In this document: positions 1 to 7,645 of the stretch, one piece after another
How the letters are laid out: each line of letters begins with the position of its first letter
Position numbering within the stretch: the first letter of the stretch is position 1
Source: Clostridiaceae bacterium
GTDB lineage: Bacteria; Bacillota; Clostridia; Christensenellales; CAG-138
Length of the DNA: 64,000 bases
Reading direction: 5' to 3'
Assembly: GCA_039680365.1 (NCBI GenBank)
Contig: JBDKTD010000020.1
Location: 1,521-65,520, forward strand
Translations under genes and position numbers: made by a program
Notes under the pieces: model-generated
Told to the model about the DNA's origin: nothing
Database searches by the model: none
The model's input: only the letters and a program-made list of their open reading frames with translations

Positions 1-1212
1 TTAGCTTTTGAAGAAGCGCTGGGGCAGGTCTTGCGGCAGCGGTCGGATTACACACCGCTTGTACTCAAAGGATTTGCTTATTCGACGGCATGGTATGCGC
101 CGAACGATTTTTATGCGGATAATCTTCTATCAATGACAGATGCATCGAAGTCCTCTTCTATGAGATGGAATAACATCTATCGCTGGGACGACCGGATTCG
201 TCTTCCTGTCACCGCGGGCGATCTTTCGCATCTGGAGTATCAAACAATTACGCAGCGCGCGCTTTCGGCACACGACTCCCAGAATGCTGTCTGGCATACG
301 GAATGCATCATAAACGGAGACAAGGTGTTCTGGTGGCGGCAGACGTCCAGCGTACTCTACCGCGCGGATATCCGCGTTTCGTCGGGCGAAGCTTCGACGT
401 TGAACGATTTTAAATTGATCGACACGAAAGATGTTCAATCCTACGATCTGCCGTATCAAAACGCATGGTCGCCAGATGCTGAGGATCAAGCGCCAACCAT
501 CACAATCACATTGGAACAACCGACCGTGCTGAAAGAACTCTGGCTGTATGATCAACCCTCCCTGACGGATAACGTTCTCAACGCAGTCATTCTGCTGGAC
601 GGGAAACAGGCGCTGGAGACCAGCCCGCTGGCTCAAAACGGTTCGGCAACCGTTGTCTCTCTCGACAGCGCAACCCCGGTTTCTTCCATAGAGATTCGCA
701 TAACGGATTGGCAGGGCGAGCGCTGGGGAATTACGGAACTCGAGGCGTATACGCAAACACCGGAATCTGGTCTGGCGTTTGCCAAACTGACGGATGAAAA
801 GGGCAACTTTCTCTACGACGCATGGACAAAACCGGACGGGACAATCCTTCTTAAGCTCTATCGATTCCCGGCGTCGCAGAAGGATTCTCTGCAGGATTGC
901 ACCGTATCCGTGGACAACCCGCGCTGCACTGCAAATAAGGGGCAAGACGGGTTACTCGTAACTTGCCCGGTCAACGAGGAATGCCTTGTGCGCGTTTCGG
1001 ATGGGACGGACGGCAGGTACTCCGATACAATTCGCGTATCGAACCCCGCGCCCGGTGAGCGCGCCTGGATCCACGCGCTTCAGTGGATGGAGGCGCACAA
1101 GCTCGATAGAGTCAACCAGCGCGCATATTACCGCCAATTCAAATGGTGGTGTGTAGGCTTGGATTTTAAAGAGTGGGTTGATAAAATTTCGAGTAGCATA
1201 GCAAGAAAGTAG
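1..1212 (+). CDS. 5'-truncated protein with a discoidin (F5/8 type C)/CBM32-like carbohydrate-binding domain
   Basis: Frame 1 is open from base 1, so the listed TTG at 31 is probably internal. The segment ...IEIRITDWQGERWGITELEAY resembles the terminal strand of discoidin-type domains. No catalytic motif recognised. Confidence 0.45.
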   Translation, partial: LAFEEALGQVLRQRSDYTPLVLKGFAYSTAWYAPNDFYADNLLSMTDASKSSSMRWNNIYRWDDRIRLPVTAGDLSHLEYQTITQRALSAHDSQNAVWHTECIINGDKVFWWRQTSSVLYRADIRVSSGEASTLNDFKLIDTKDVQSYDLPYQNAWSPDAEDQAPTITITLEQPTVLKELWLYDQPSLTDNVLNAVILLDGKQALETSPLAQNGSATVVSLDSATPVSSIEIRITDWQGERWGITELEAYTQTPESGLAFAKLTDEKGNFLYDAWTKPDGTILLKLYRFPASQKDSLQDCTVSVDNPRCTANKGQDGLLVTCPVNEECLVRVSDGTDGRYSDTIRVSNPAPGERAWIHALQWMEAHKLDRVNQRAYYRQFKWWCVGLDFKEWVDKISSSIARK

Positions 1213-1268
1213 AACAGTAAGGTGCTTCCTAAAGAGTAATATCATTTATAATTCTCATTGATATTCGA

Positions 1269-3314
1269 ATGAAATATTTTGCATGCAGTGGGGGGATTCC
1301 TATGATCGCGGCAGTTCTCTTCTTCATTACAATCTGTTCGGGATGCGCGTTGATCAGCGCATTTTTTAAGTACCGGTTCGAGCAATCGACTGCGGTCGTT
1401 CTATTCTCGCTGATTGCAGCATTATATTTCTTTGGGCTATTGGACCTCCTGCCGATTGGCACGATCGTCGTTTTGATCGTTGCTGGAGCGGCTCTGTGCG
1501 CGGTGATCGTTCGAATTGTACGAAACCATGCGTTCCGTGAATTCCGCCGTTTGTTTTTTACACCCGCATTTTTAATATTCACGATTGCTTTTCTCATAAT
1601 ACTCTTTGCAAACCATGGGCGGCTCGTTTCAAACCGCGACGATTTTTCGCATTGGGCGAATACCGTAAAGCGGATGGCCCTACTTGACCGCTTTGCGACC
1701 AGCCCAGAATCATACGCGCAATTTCCCAACTATCCGCCGGCAATGTCATTGGTTCAGTATTATCTGCAATCCGTCAGCAAGATGTTGGGAAACGGGTTCA
1801 GCGAATGGTTGCTCTATGTCGCGTTCGAACTCTCGGTTGTAATGCTACTTCTGCCAGCGCTAAGCCATCTTGAATGGAAAAAGAAGGCAGTATTTCCAGC
1901 AACAACTCTCTTTTTCTGTACTTGCTGCGTCCCCGGTGTGTTCTACCCAGACGTATATCGCACGTTGATGATTGATCCATTCCTGGGCCTTGCAGCCGGG
2001 TACGCGTTTTCCATACTTCTGACTACGCAAGAAAGGAGCGCGCTCGACCGCATAGGCTTAGCGCTCTCTTGCGCTGTCATCACCCTGATAAAACTCCCCG
2101 GTATATATTTTTCGGTATGCATTACCATTGCGGTTGCCCTTGATGCGATCATGGAGGCAAAAACTCGAAACACGCACATGCTTCCCGGGGTAACAAAAGG
2201 TGACTTCGCAGAGGATGCTAATGAGAACCGTGCGGCAGGATTCAAAGTGAAAACACCTCGCGTTCACCCTTACATGACGGCTATTGCATGTGGCGCTGTG
2301 ACTCTCGCTACGAGCGTTTCCTGGAATATTTGGCTGAATTATGACGGCGCGCAAAAGCGCTTTACCGAATCAGTCGACTGGGCCTTGCTGTGTCGAACAT
2401 TAACCGGGCAGGATGTGGTGGGGTATCGTGGTGCCGCTCTGGCAGCGTTCTTTAAAAACATTATTATCGAAAGACAGAGTATCGGAACGCTGGGTTTGCT
2501 TCATGTAGGACTTAGCTGGTTTACGCTCTTTCTATGCCTTATTGGAATCGCTGTATTCGTTTCAATTTTCCTGCGTCGCAAATGCGAGTATCATTCAAAG
2601 CAACTCTTCGGGACGCTTGGTGTGCTCTTTGGCACCTGCCTGTTATATGTATTCGGACTCGCCGTCAGTTATCTGTTTGTATTTAACCAAACGGAGGCGG
2701 TTCAACTCGCTTCGTTCAGCCGATATATGAATATACCGCTTGTGATGATACTTATGGCACTCTACCGACCGATTGCGGAATTCGTCTGCGACTGGAAGAA
2801 AAAAGGCATTCATATAGTCATCGCGCTGCTCCTTGTAATGCTAATGTTTGCTCCGCTCAAAGAACTTACTAGTTTTGCCCTTCGGCGGAGCGTCGCCTAT
2901 TCTCGCGAGGTTCGCGCGCCATATGTTACGATCACAGAGAAACTCCCCGAAATGATTATTGATCCGGACGAAAAAATATGTATCGTTACCGACGGGAATC
3001 GTGATCTCTGCATTCAACTTCTAAATTTCTGCATGGCGCCGGTTACCGTTTCCGATTATTCGATAGATGTGTTGGATGTGTCGAATAATGATATATATGA
3101 TGATGACTTTTCTGCGGAGGATTGGGAACGTGCTCTTAATGAAGATAACTTCAAATATGTGCTGATGATTCGTTTTCCCTCGGGGTTTGAGAAGAAATAC
3201 GCTGAAGTGTTTTATGAACCGGATCGTATTACCGTAGGCGCTTTGTTTTCCGTTGACGCGACGACCGGTCGCTTATCGTATATTTGCAATGTTGGAGATG
3301 AATCCTGTCCGTAA
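1269..3314 (+). CDS. Large polytopic integral membrane protein with a soluble C-terminal domain; GT-C-like glycosyltransferase possible, function unknown
   Basis: 681-aa ORF with many long hydrophobic helices through about residue 530, then an acidic soluble tail. An alternative start at 1302 (MIAAVLFF) is preceded by a GGGGGG RBS. Confidence 0.55.
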   Translation: MKYFACSGGIPMIAAVLFFITICSGCALISAFFKYRFEQSTAVVLFSLIAALYFFGLLDLLPIGTIVVLIVAGAALCAVIVRIVRNHAFREFRRLFFTPAFLIFTIAFLIILFANHGRLVSNRDDFSHWANTVKRMALLDRFATSPESYAQFPNYPPAMSLVQYYLQSVSKMLGNGFSEWLLYVAFELSVVMLLLPALSHLEWKKKAVFPATTLFFCTCCVPGVFYPDVYRTLMIDPFLGLAAGYAFSILLTTQERSALDRIGLALSCAVITLIKLPGIYFSVCITIAVALDAIMEAKTRNTHMLPGVTKGDFAEDANENRAAGFKVKTPRVHPYMTAIACGAVTLATSVSWNIWLNYDGAQKRFTESVDWALLCRTLTGQDVVGYRGAALAAFFKNIIIERQSIGTLGLLHVGLSWFTLFLCLIGIAVFVSIFLRRKCEYHSKQLFGTLGVLFGTCLLYVFGLAVSYLFVFNQTEAVQLASFSRYMNIPLVMILMALYRPIAEFVCDWKKKGIHIVIALLLVMLMFAPLKELTSFALRRSVAYSREVRAPYVTITEKLPEMIIDPDEKICIVTDGNRDLCIQLLNFCMAPVTVSDYSIDVLDVSNNDIYDDDFSAEDWERALNEDNFKYVLMIRFPSGFEKKYAEVFYEPDRITVGALFSVDATTGRLSYICNVGDESCP

Positions 3315-3599
3315 CGCGCAAGCTTGGGCAGCAAATACTGGGTGTGTCCCCAATAGGATAATTAGAAGAAACTTTGAGTATGTATATTCAGAGGCGTAAG
3401 AAATTGGACTGGGATTCGACCTGCTCCTTAAAAAGTAGTTCACGTAAAAAGAGAAAAATGACAAATCGAGAAAAGGGAAAAGGTGGATGAAATGAAGAAG
3501 AGTAACCTGCGCCCCCGAAAAAGCAGTCCACATTGAATGAGAAAAAGCAATGTCTAGGCGACCTAGAGGCCCGATATCCGGGCACAGTCACCGTTGGAA

Positions 3600-3627
3600 C
3601 GATCATCCCCGCGTATGCGGGGAACAG
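3600..3627 (-). CRISPR. Solitary CRISPR-like repeat (type I-E repeat family); no array and no cas genes in the window
   Basis: The minus strand reads CTGTTCCCCGCATACGCGGGGATGATCG (28 nt) with a 7-bp stem (TCCCCGC/GCGGGGA). From memory, both ends and the stem match I-E repeats (E. coli GTGTTCCCCGCGCCAGCGGGGATAAACCG; S. thermophilus CRISPR4 GTTTTTCCCGCACACGCGGGGGTGATCC). The flank on the leader side (3640-3830) is AT-rich. No second copy lies one repeat+spacer unit (about 60 bp) to the left of it, and none was noticed elsewhere in the gap by eye. Confidence 0.4.
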
Positions 3628-3894
3628 TCCGCGCAGGTCGTGAACGCCTACCTTATCTTTTATGAAAAGTTTAATGCAGCCAATTCACAACTAAAAATCA
3701 CTATCAAACAAACATGGAAAAGCACACCAATCCGGCATAGAAGCTGCAATCTGACACAGTATGACTCAGCACGGTTAATCAAGAAAGCTCGCATAAAGTC
3801 TCCATTTATCCATGATGCATAACGTTGAAAAACGCACAAAATATGGTTCATACACAGCGTGTCAGCCGTTCGAATCAGTAAGTCGCTGCCATGT

Positions 3895-3922
3895 AAAAGC
3901 CCGCAACTATTTGCGGGCTTGT
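3895..3922 (-). terminator. Intrinsic terminator downstream of the GRAM-like gene
   Basis: Perfect 10-bp stem AAGCCCGCAA/TTGCGGGCTT with a 4-nt loop. On the minus strand it is followed by TTTTAC. Confidence 0.6.
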
Positions 3923-3960
3923 TCATTCCTACCTATATAATCCCTTCCGTCACCCCCGCC

Positions 3961-4269
3961 TTACTTCCCCCGATGCTTTTTTGACTGCATGGTCAGAAAC
4001 TCGATGATCTCCTCGCGGCCGTTGACCACAAACTTGTGCTCAAAGCCGTTCTCGGTGAAGACCGAAATGCCGTTGCGCGCGATGCCGAGCGTGTTGCGCT
4101 CCTTAATGAGCAGGATATCGCCGTAGTCGATTCTCGTTTCTCCGGTGCTGACGTTGAAACCGTGGGACTGAAACGTCATGCCGGTATCGTCAAAGAGCAG
4201 CTTGCCGCCAACGACCTCCGCGCCGCGGAAGTAGTTTGCCGGGATGCTGGTGCCGAGCAGGTTTCTCAT
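3961..4269 (-). CDS. Small GRAM / bacterial PH-like domain protein
   Basis: The pattern GGKLLFDDTGMTFQSHGFN...RIDYGDILLIKERNTLGI..NGISVFTENGFEHKFVV fits GRAM/bPH-type domains. I chose the start at MRNLLG (4269), preceded by AAGGAG; the ORF track extends to 4332. Confidence 0.55.
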   Translation of the reverse strand: MRNLLGTSIPANYFRGAEVVGGKLLFDDTGMTFQSHGFNVSTGETRIDYGDILLIKERNTLGIARNGISVFTENGFEHKFVVNGREEIIEFLTMQSKKHRGK

Positions 4270-4502
4270 TTTTTTCTCAATCTCCTTTATAACGGTTTTC
4301 GATGGAATGAGCATACAAAAACGCCGTCCCAATCGGGTGGATGTTTTGTCAACTGTTGGAATCGGCGCAAAAATTTGCGCGTCTTGCGGCGAATATTTAA
4401 ACGGGAGAAGACTCTCTCCGCAGTCAAATCGAGCGGGGGGATATTACATCGAATTATTGTAGAAAATAGTAGTTTTGTTGATGAATTATCAACCATTCAA
4501 CC

Positions 4503-4531
4503 TTGTAACGCATGATAAAATGGGTTACATT
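4503..4531 (+). promoter_or_regulatory. Candidate sigma-70-type promoter for the FHA/kinase island
   Basis: TTGTAA-N17-TACATT in the AT-rich gap upstream of 4579. A weak match, and the only plausible one found by eye. Confidence 0.3.
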
Positions 4532-4578
4532 ATAGTTATTGTATATGCAAGCAACGGATTGGTTGGAAGGGGAACGCA

Positions 4579-5520
4579 ATGCGATATTGTCCGGCGTGCG
4601 GAAAGGCAAACGATGGGGCCGTTTGTGTTTTCTGCGGGAGACCGCTCAGAGGCGGCCTCCGTTCTTCGGTATGGACGGCGAGGGAATTCTGCGTCATTTC
4701 TCTTACTTTGATCGGCGCCGTCATCCTTCTTTTTACCCCGCTTATCAGTTCGCCGCTCGTCGGCTCCTATAGCTATCACGATATTGCGTTTAACCCGGCG
4801 CTCAGCGGCGACGCAATCGGTATGGCCATGGATTACTCCTCGGAGGCGGCATTTACGCTGATTGCGCTCAAAGCCGTAGGGCTGATCTTTTATGCCACCA
4901 TACTGCTCTCTCTCGTTGCACTGTTCCAAAAAATAGATAAACTGACGCAAGTATTTCGCATCATCTCATTGGGGTTGGGTGCGATTTTGATGGTTGCGCT
5001 GCTTTATATTAAAGCGGAGGCGTCGCGGAGTCTGCTCACAAGCAGCCTCGTTTCCGTTCGCTTTGGCGTTTTTCTCGGCGTTGCGTGCCTGATTGCCGCC
5101 GTTGTGCTGAGCTATCGAAGGGATGTACTCACCCGCGAGCTCTACCGCATGCCTTCCAACTCGCACGGCCCCGTCATGGCCGACCCGCCTCTGGAAAAGC
5201 GAGCGGGTGCGCTGGTCTGCACGCGCGGCACGTTTTCCGGCGCACGGTTCGACCTTTCGAAAAGTCCATCGGTCGCCATCGGTCGGGACGCGCGTTCCTG
5301 CCAGATCGTGTTTCCAAAGGACATGCCGCGCATCAGCAGAAAGCACAGTCTCGTGCGGTTCAGTTCGTCGGAGAATTGTTACTATGTTACAGATGTGTCG
5401 CGTAACGGTACTTTTCTTGCCGGCGGCGCTCGCCTGCCCGCGGGGCAGCCCTGCAAACTGGCGCGCGGAACGACGATTGCCTTCGACTCCTCCGGCGCGA
5501 ACGCGTTCTATCTGGAATAA
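4579..5520 (+). CDS. Zinc-ribbon / multi-pass membrane / C-terminal FHA domain protein
   Basis: N-terminus MRYCPACG...CVFCG (CxxC-x8-CxxC), then about 4 hydrophobic helices. The C-terminus is VAIGRDARSCQIVFP..ISRKHSLV...VSRNGTFL (FHA signatures GR, SxxH, NG). RBS GGAAGGGG. Confidence 0.85.
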   Translation: MRYCPACGKANDGAVCVFCGRPLRGGLRSSVWTAREFCVISLTLIGAVILLFTPLISSPLVGSYSYHDIAFNPALSGDAIGMAMDYSSEAAFTLIALKAVGLIFYATILLSLVALFQKIDKLTQVFRIISLGLGAILMVALLYIKAEASRSLLTSSLVSVRFGVFLGVACLIAAVVLSYRRDVLTRELYRMPSNSHGPVMADPPLEKRAGALVCTRGTFSGARFDLSKSPSVAIGRDARSCQIVFPKDMPRISRKHSLVRFSSSENCYYVTDVSRNGTFLAGGARLPAGQPCKLARGTTIAFDSSGANAFYLE

Positions 5521-5540
5521 ACGCGTTCTATCTGGAATAA
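5501..5540. repeat. Exact 20-bp tandem duplication spanning the stop codon of the 4579 gene
   Basis: ACGCGTTCTATCTGGAATAA occurs twice back to back (5501-5520 and 5521-5540). The first copy contains the TAA stop. Confidence 0.95.
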
Positions 5541-5564
5541 ACGAATTCTCTGTTTGACGCAGGT

Positions 5565-5755
5565 TTTTACAAACGCAAATAAAGGCTTATTAGAAGCTTT
5601 TATATCTAGAGAATTTTACAGATGCAAATAAAGGCTTATTAAAAGCTTTTATATCTGGAGAAGTTTACGGACGTAAATAAAGGCTTATTAAAAGCTTCTT
5701 TATCCGGTACAGTTACTGCAGACGCAAATAAAAGCTCATAAAAGCTTCTATTGTT
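5565..5755. repeat. Four tandem copies of a roughly 49-bp AT-rich repeat in the intergenic gap
   Basis: The core GCAAATAAAGGCTTATTA(A/G)AAGCTTTTATATCT recurs with GCAAAT/GTAAAT at 5575, 5624, 5673 and 5724 (periods 49, 49, 51). The fourth copy is degenerate. Each unit has a 10-bp hairpin (ATAAAGGCTT/AAGCTTTTAT with one G-U) and an AAAAGCTTTT palindrome. Confidence 0.9.
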
Positions 5756-5807
5756 GATAAATGTTGATAAAGAATCCATACATCTATATGAATCAGGGGG
5801 TAAACTC

Positions 5808-6410
5808 ATGAACATGCAGCGTTGTCCCAGCGGACACTACTTCGACAAGTCAAAGTTTGACCCGTGCCCATACTGCAATCCGGCGACGAGTTCGGACAAC
5901 CGTACGATTCCGCTGGACAGCACGACGGCGGGAACCGTGGATCCCAGCTTTGGCGGCGGATGGAACAACTCTTCCGCAGCCGACGACATCGGCGTTACCG
6001 TGCCGCTGCAGTCCGGCAGCGAGGTGACCATCGCGCTCACGCCCAAGGACGAAACAGGCAAGACGTTGGATCCCGTGGTCGGCTGGTTTGTCTGTGTGGA
6101 TGGTCCTGACAAAGGGTCGGACTTCCGCATCCGCAGCGGCAACAACTCGATTGGCCGCGGAACGGGCGCGCAAATTCGCATCCAGAACGACAGCTCGATT
6201 TCCAAGGATAACATGTCCCATGTGGCGTTCGACAATCGCTCTCGCCGGTTCTACTTTGAAGCGGGCGAGGGCAGAAACTTAATCCGCGTTAACGACGAAC
6301 TTCTGCTGCCGCACCAGTCGCGCGAACTGCGCGCGTTCGACCGCGTGCTGCTGGGGCAGACCACTCTGGCGTTTATTCCGCTTTGCGGAGAGGAGTTTTC
6401 TTGGGAATGA
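5808..6410 (+). CDS. Zinc-ribbon + FHA domain protein (soluble)
   Basis: Start at MNMQRCPSGHYF..CPYCN, preceded by an AGGGGG RBS; the TTG at 5751 was rejected. The C-terminal FHA reads FRIRSGNNSIGRG..IRIQNDSSIS...HVAF...LIRVND. Confidence 0.8.
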   Translation: MNMQRCPSGHYFDKSKFDPCPYCNPATSSDNRTIPLDSTTAGTVDPSFGGGWNNSSAADDIGVTVPLQSGSEVTIALTPKDETGKTLDPVVGWFVCVDGPDKGSDFRIRSGNNSIGRGTGAQIRIQNDSSISKDNMSHVAFDNRSRRFYFEAGEGRNLIRVNDELLLPHQSRELRAFDRVLLGQTTLAFIPLCGEEFSWE

Positions 6411-7549
6411 TCGAATACGGAACTGTATTTTTGAACCAAGCGCCGTTTGTAAGCGACAACGCGACCCCGGACGCCGGGTTTCAAACGAATCCCGGTTTCA
6501 GCGCGACGTCGCCTTCGGCTGCGGCCAACACGACGCCTGGCGCCAACACGACGCCGGCCGCCGGATCGACGCCAAACCCAACGCCTCTGGCAGGCACGCT
6601 TGTCGCGTCTTCCGTCAATCCGGAAGGAACGCCGCTGCCAACCGTTACCGACGGCGGGCAGAAGGATTTGATTCTCGGGCTGTTTATTGCCGTTGCCGCG
6701 CTGGCTTGCGCTACTGTGCTGCTGGCGCGCGCGGCGATACGTCTGAAACGCAAGCAGCGTAAGCGCATCCCCGCTCACGGCGCGGCGCAGAAGGCCAGCG
6801 GGCTGGAAGTGGGTAACGCGCACCATATTGGCAAGCGCGGCAATCAGGAAGACTCCTTTGCCATCTCCGATTTGACCGACGGCAAGCTCTGCCGCCACGC
6901 GGGCGTGCTGGCGGTTGTTGCGGACGGCATGGGCGGGCTTGCGGACGGCGAACTCGTCAGCGGCGGCGTCACTTCTTCCGTGATGCGGGAATTCCCGTCT
7001 CTGCCGGAATCCTGGTCGATGCCGCAGAAGCTTTTATACCTGGTGGAAAAAGCCAACGAAGCGGGCAACGCCGTGACCGGCGGGGTCAAGAGCCACGGCG
7101 GATCGACCATGCTTCTGACGCTGATTCAGGATGGCAGCCTCTGGTTTGCCAGCGTGGGCGACAGCCGCATCTGCCTTGTGCGCGGCGGCGGTGTCGTTCA
7201 ACTGACGCGCCCGCATACATATGAGTCCGATCTGGACAAAAAAGCCGCCTGCAATGAAATCTCCTTTGAAGCCGCTTCGGCCGATTCTCAGCGGAAAGCG
7301 CTCACGAGCTACATCGGCATGGGCGAACTCTGCTCGATCGACTACAACAACCAGCCTATTCAGCTGCTGGCGGGCGACTGGATCATTCTGATGACGGACG
7401 GCGTGTTCAACGAGCTGACCAACGCCGAAATCGCGCACGCGCTTTCGGACAACGCGCCTGCCGCCGCCGAACGAATCGAGCGAATGGTGCTCGCCAAGGG
7501 CGACCCGCATCAGGACAACCTCACGGCGGTCGTGTTACGCATCTTTTAA
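6407..7549 (+). CDS. Membrane-anchored PP2C-family Ser/Thr phosphatase
   Basis: ATGA start/stop overlap with the upstream gene. Pro/Thr/Ala-rich N-terminus, one TM helix (LILGLFIAVAALACATVLLA), then PP2C motifs GKRGNQEDSF, VADGMGG, SVGDSR, LMTDGV, DNLTAVV. Confidence 0.85.
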   Translation: MIEYGTVFLNQAPFVSDNATPDAGFQTNPGFSATSPSAAANTTPGANTTPAAGSTPNPTPLAGTLVASSVNPEGTPLPTVTDGGQKDLILGLFIAVAALACATVLLARAAIRLKRKQRKRIPAHGAAQKASGLEVGNAHHIGKRGNQEDSFAISDLTDGKLCRHAGVLAVVADGMGGLADGELVSGGVTSSVMREFPSLPESWSMPQKLLYLVEKANEAGNAVTGGVKSHGGSTMLLTLIQDGSLWFASVGDSRICLVRGGGVVQLTRPHTYESDLDKKAACNEISFEAASADSQRKALTSYIGMGELCSIDYNNQPIQLLAGDWIILMTDGVFNELTNAEIAHALSDNAPAAAERIERMVLAKGDPHQDNLTAVVLRIF

Positions 7550-7645
7550 AGCACCTTCAAACGATTCGACTCTCTTTAACAAGGGCGCGCGAATCAAAAT
7601 GAAAATAATGAAAAGGACACTGGAATCTACTAGGGAGGGAATATT

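Noticed and set aside
3539-3627. Possibility of a real (multi-repeat) CRISPR array around the I-E-like repeat.
   Set aside because: The sequence one repeat+spacer unit (about 60 bp) to the left does not match the repeat; only an unrelated small palindrome TCTAGG-CGA-CCTAGA is there. The right-hand flank is AT-rich and leader-like. Only a solitary repeat can be supported.
3550-3822. 90-aa plus-strand ORF, plus ORFs 3273-3533, 3388-3606 and 3660-3926 on the minus strand, in the AT-rich gap.
   Set aside because: None has an RBS or a recognisable domain. The first runs straight through the CRISPR-like repeat. Composition and codon usage are unlike the neighbouring genes. A 14-codon mini-ORF at about 3502 with a GGTGGA RBS was noted but cannot be supported.
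5751-5807. Upstream TTG start for the second FHA gene. The same applies to the N-terminal extensions offered by the ORF track at 10444, 11058, 15695, 26638, 27828, 35346, 37029, 37952, 39824, 41874, 42254, 45879, 48252 and 50884.
   Set aside because: Each extension lacks an RBS, overlaps the preceding gene or the repeat array, and adds a non-conserved Arg-rich sequence. Internal ATG/TTG/GTG starts with good Shine-Dalgarno sequences coincide with the expected N-termini of the domain families.
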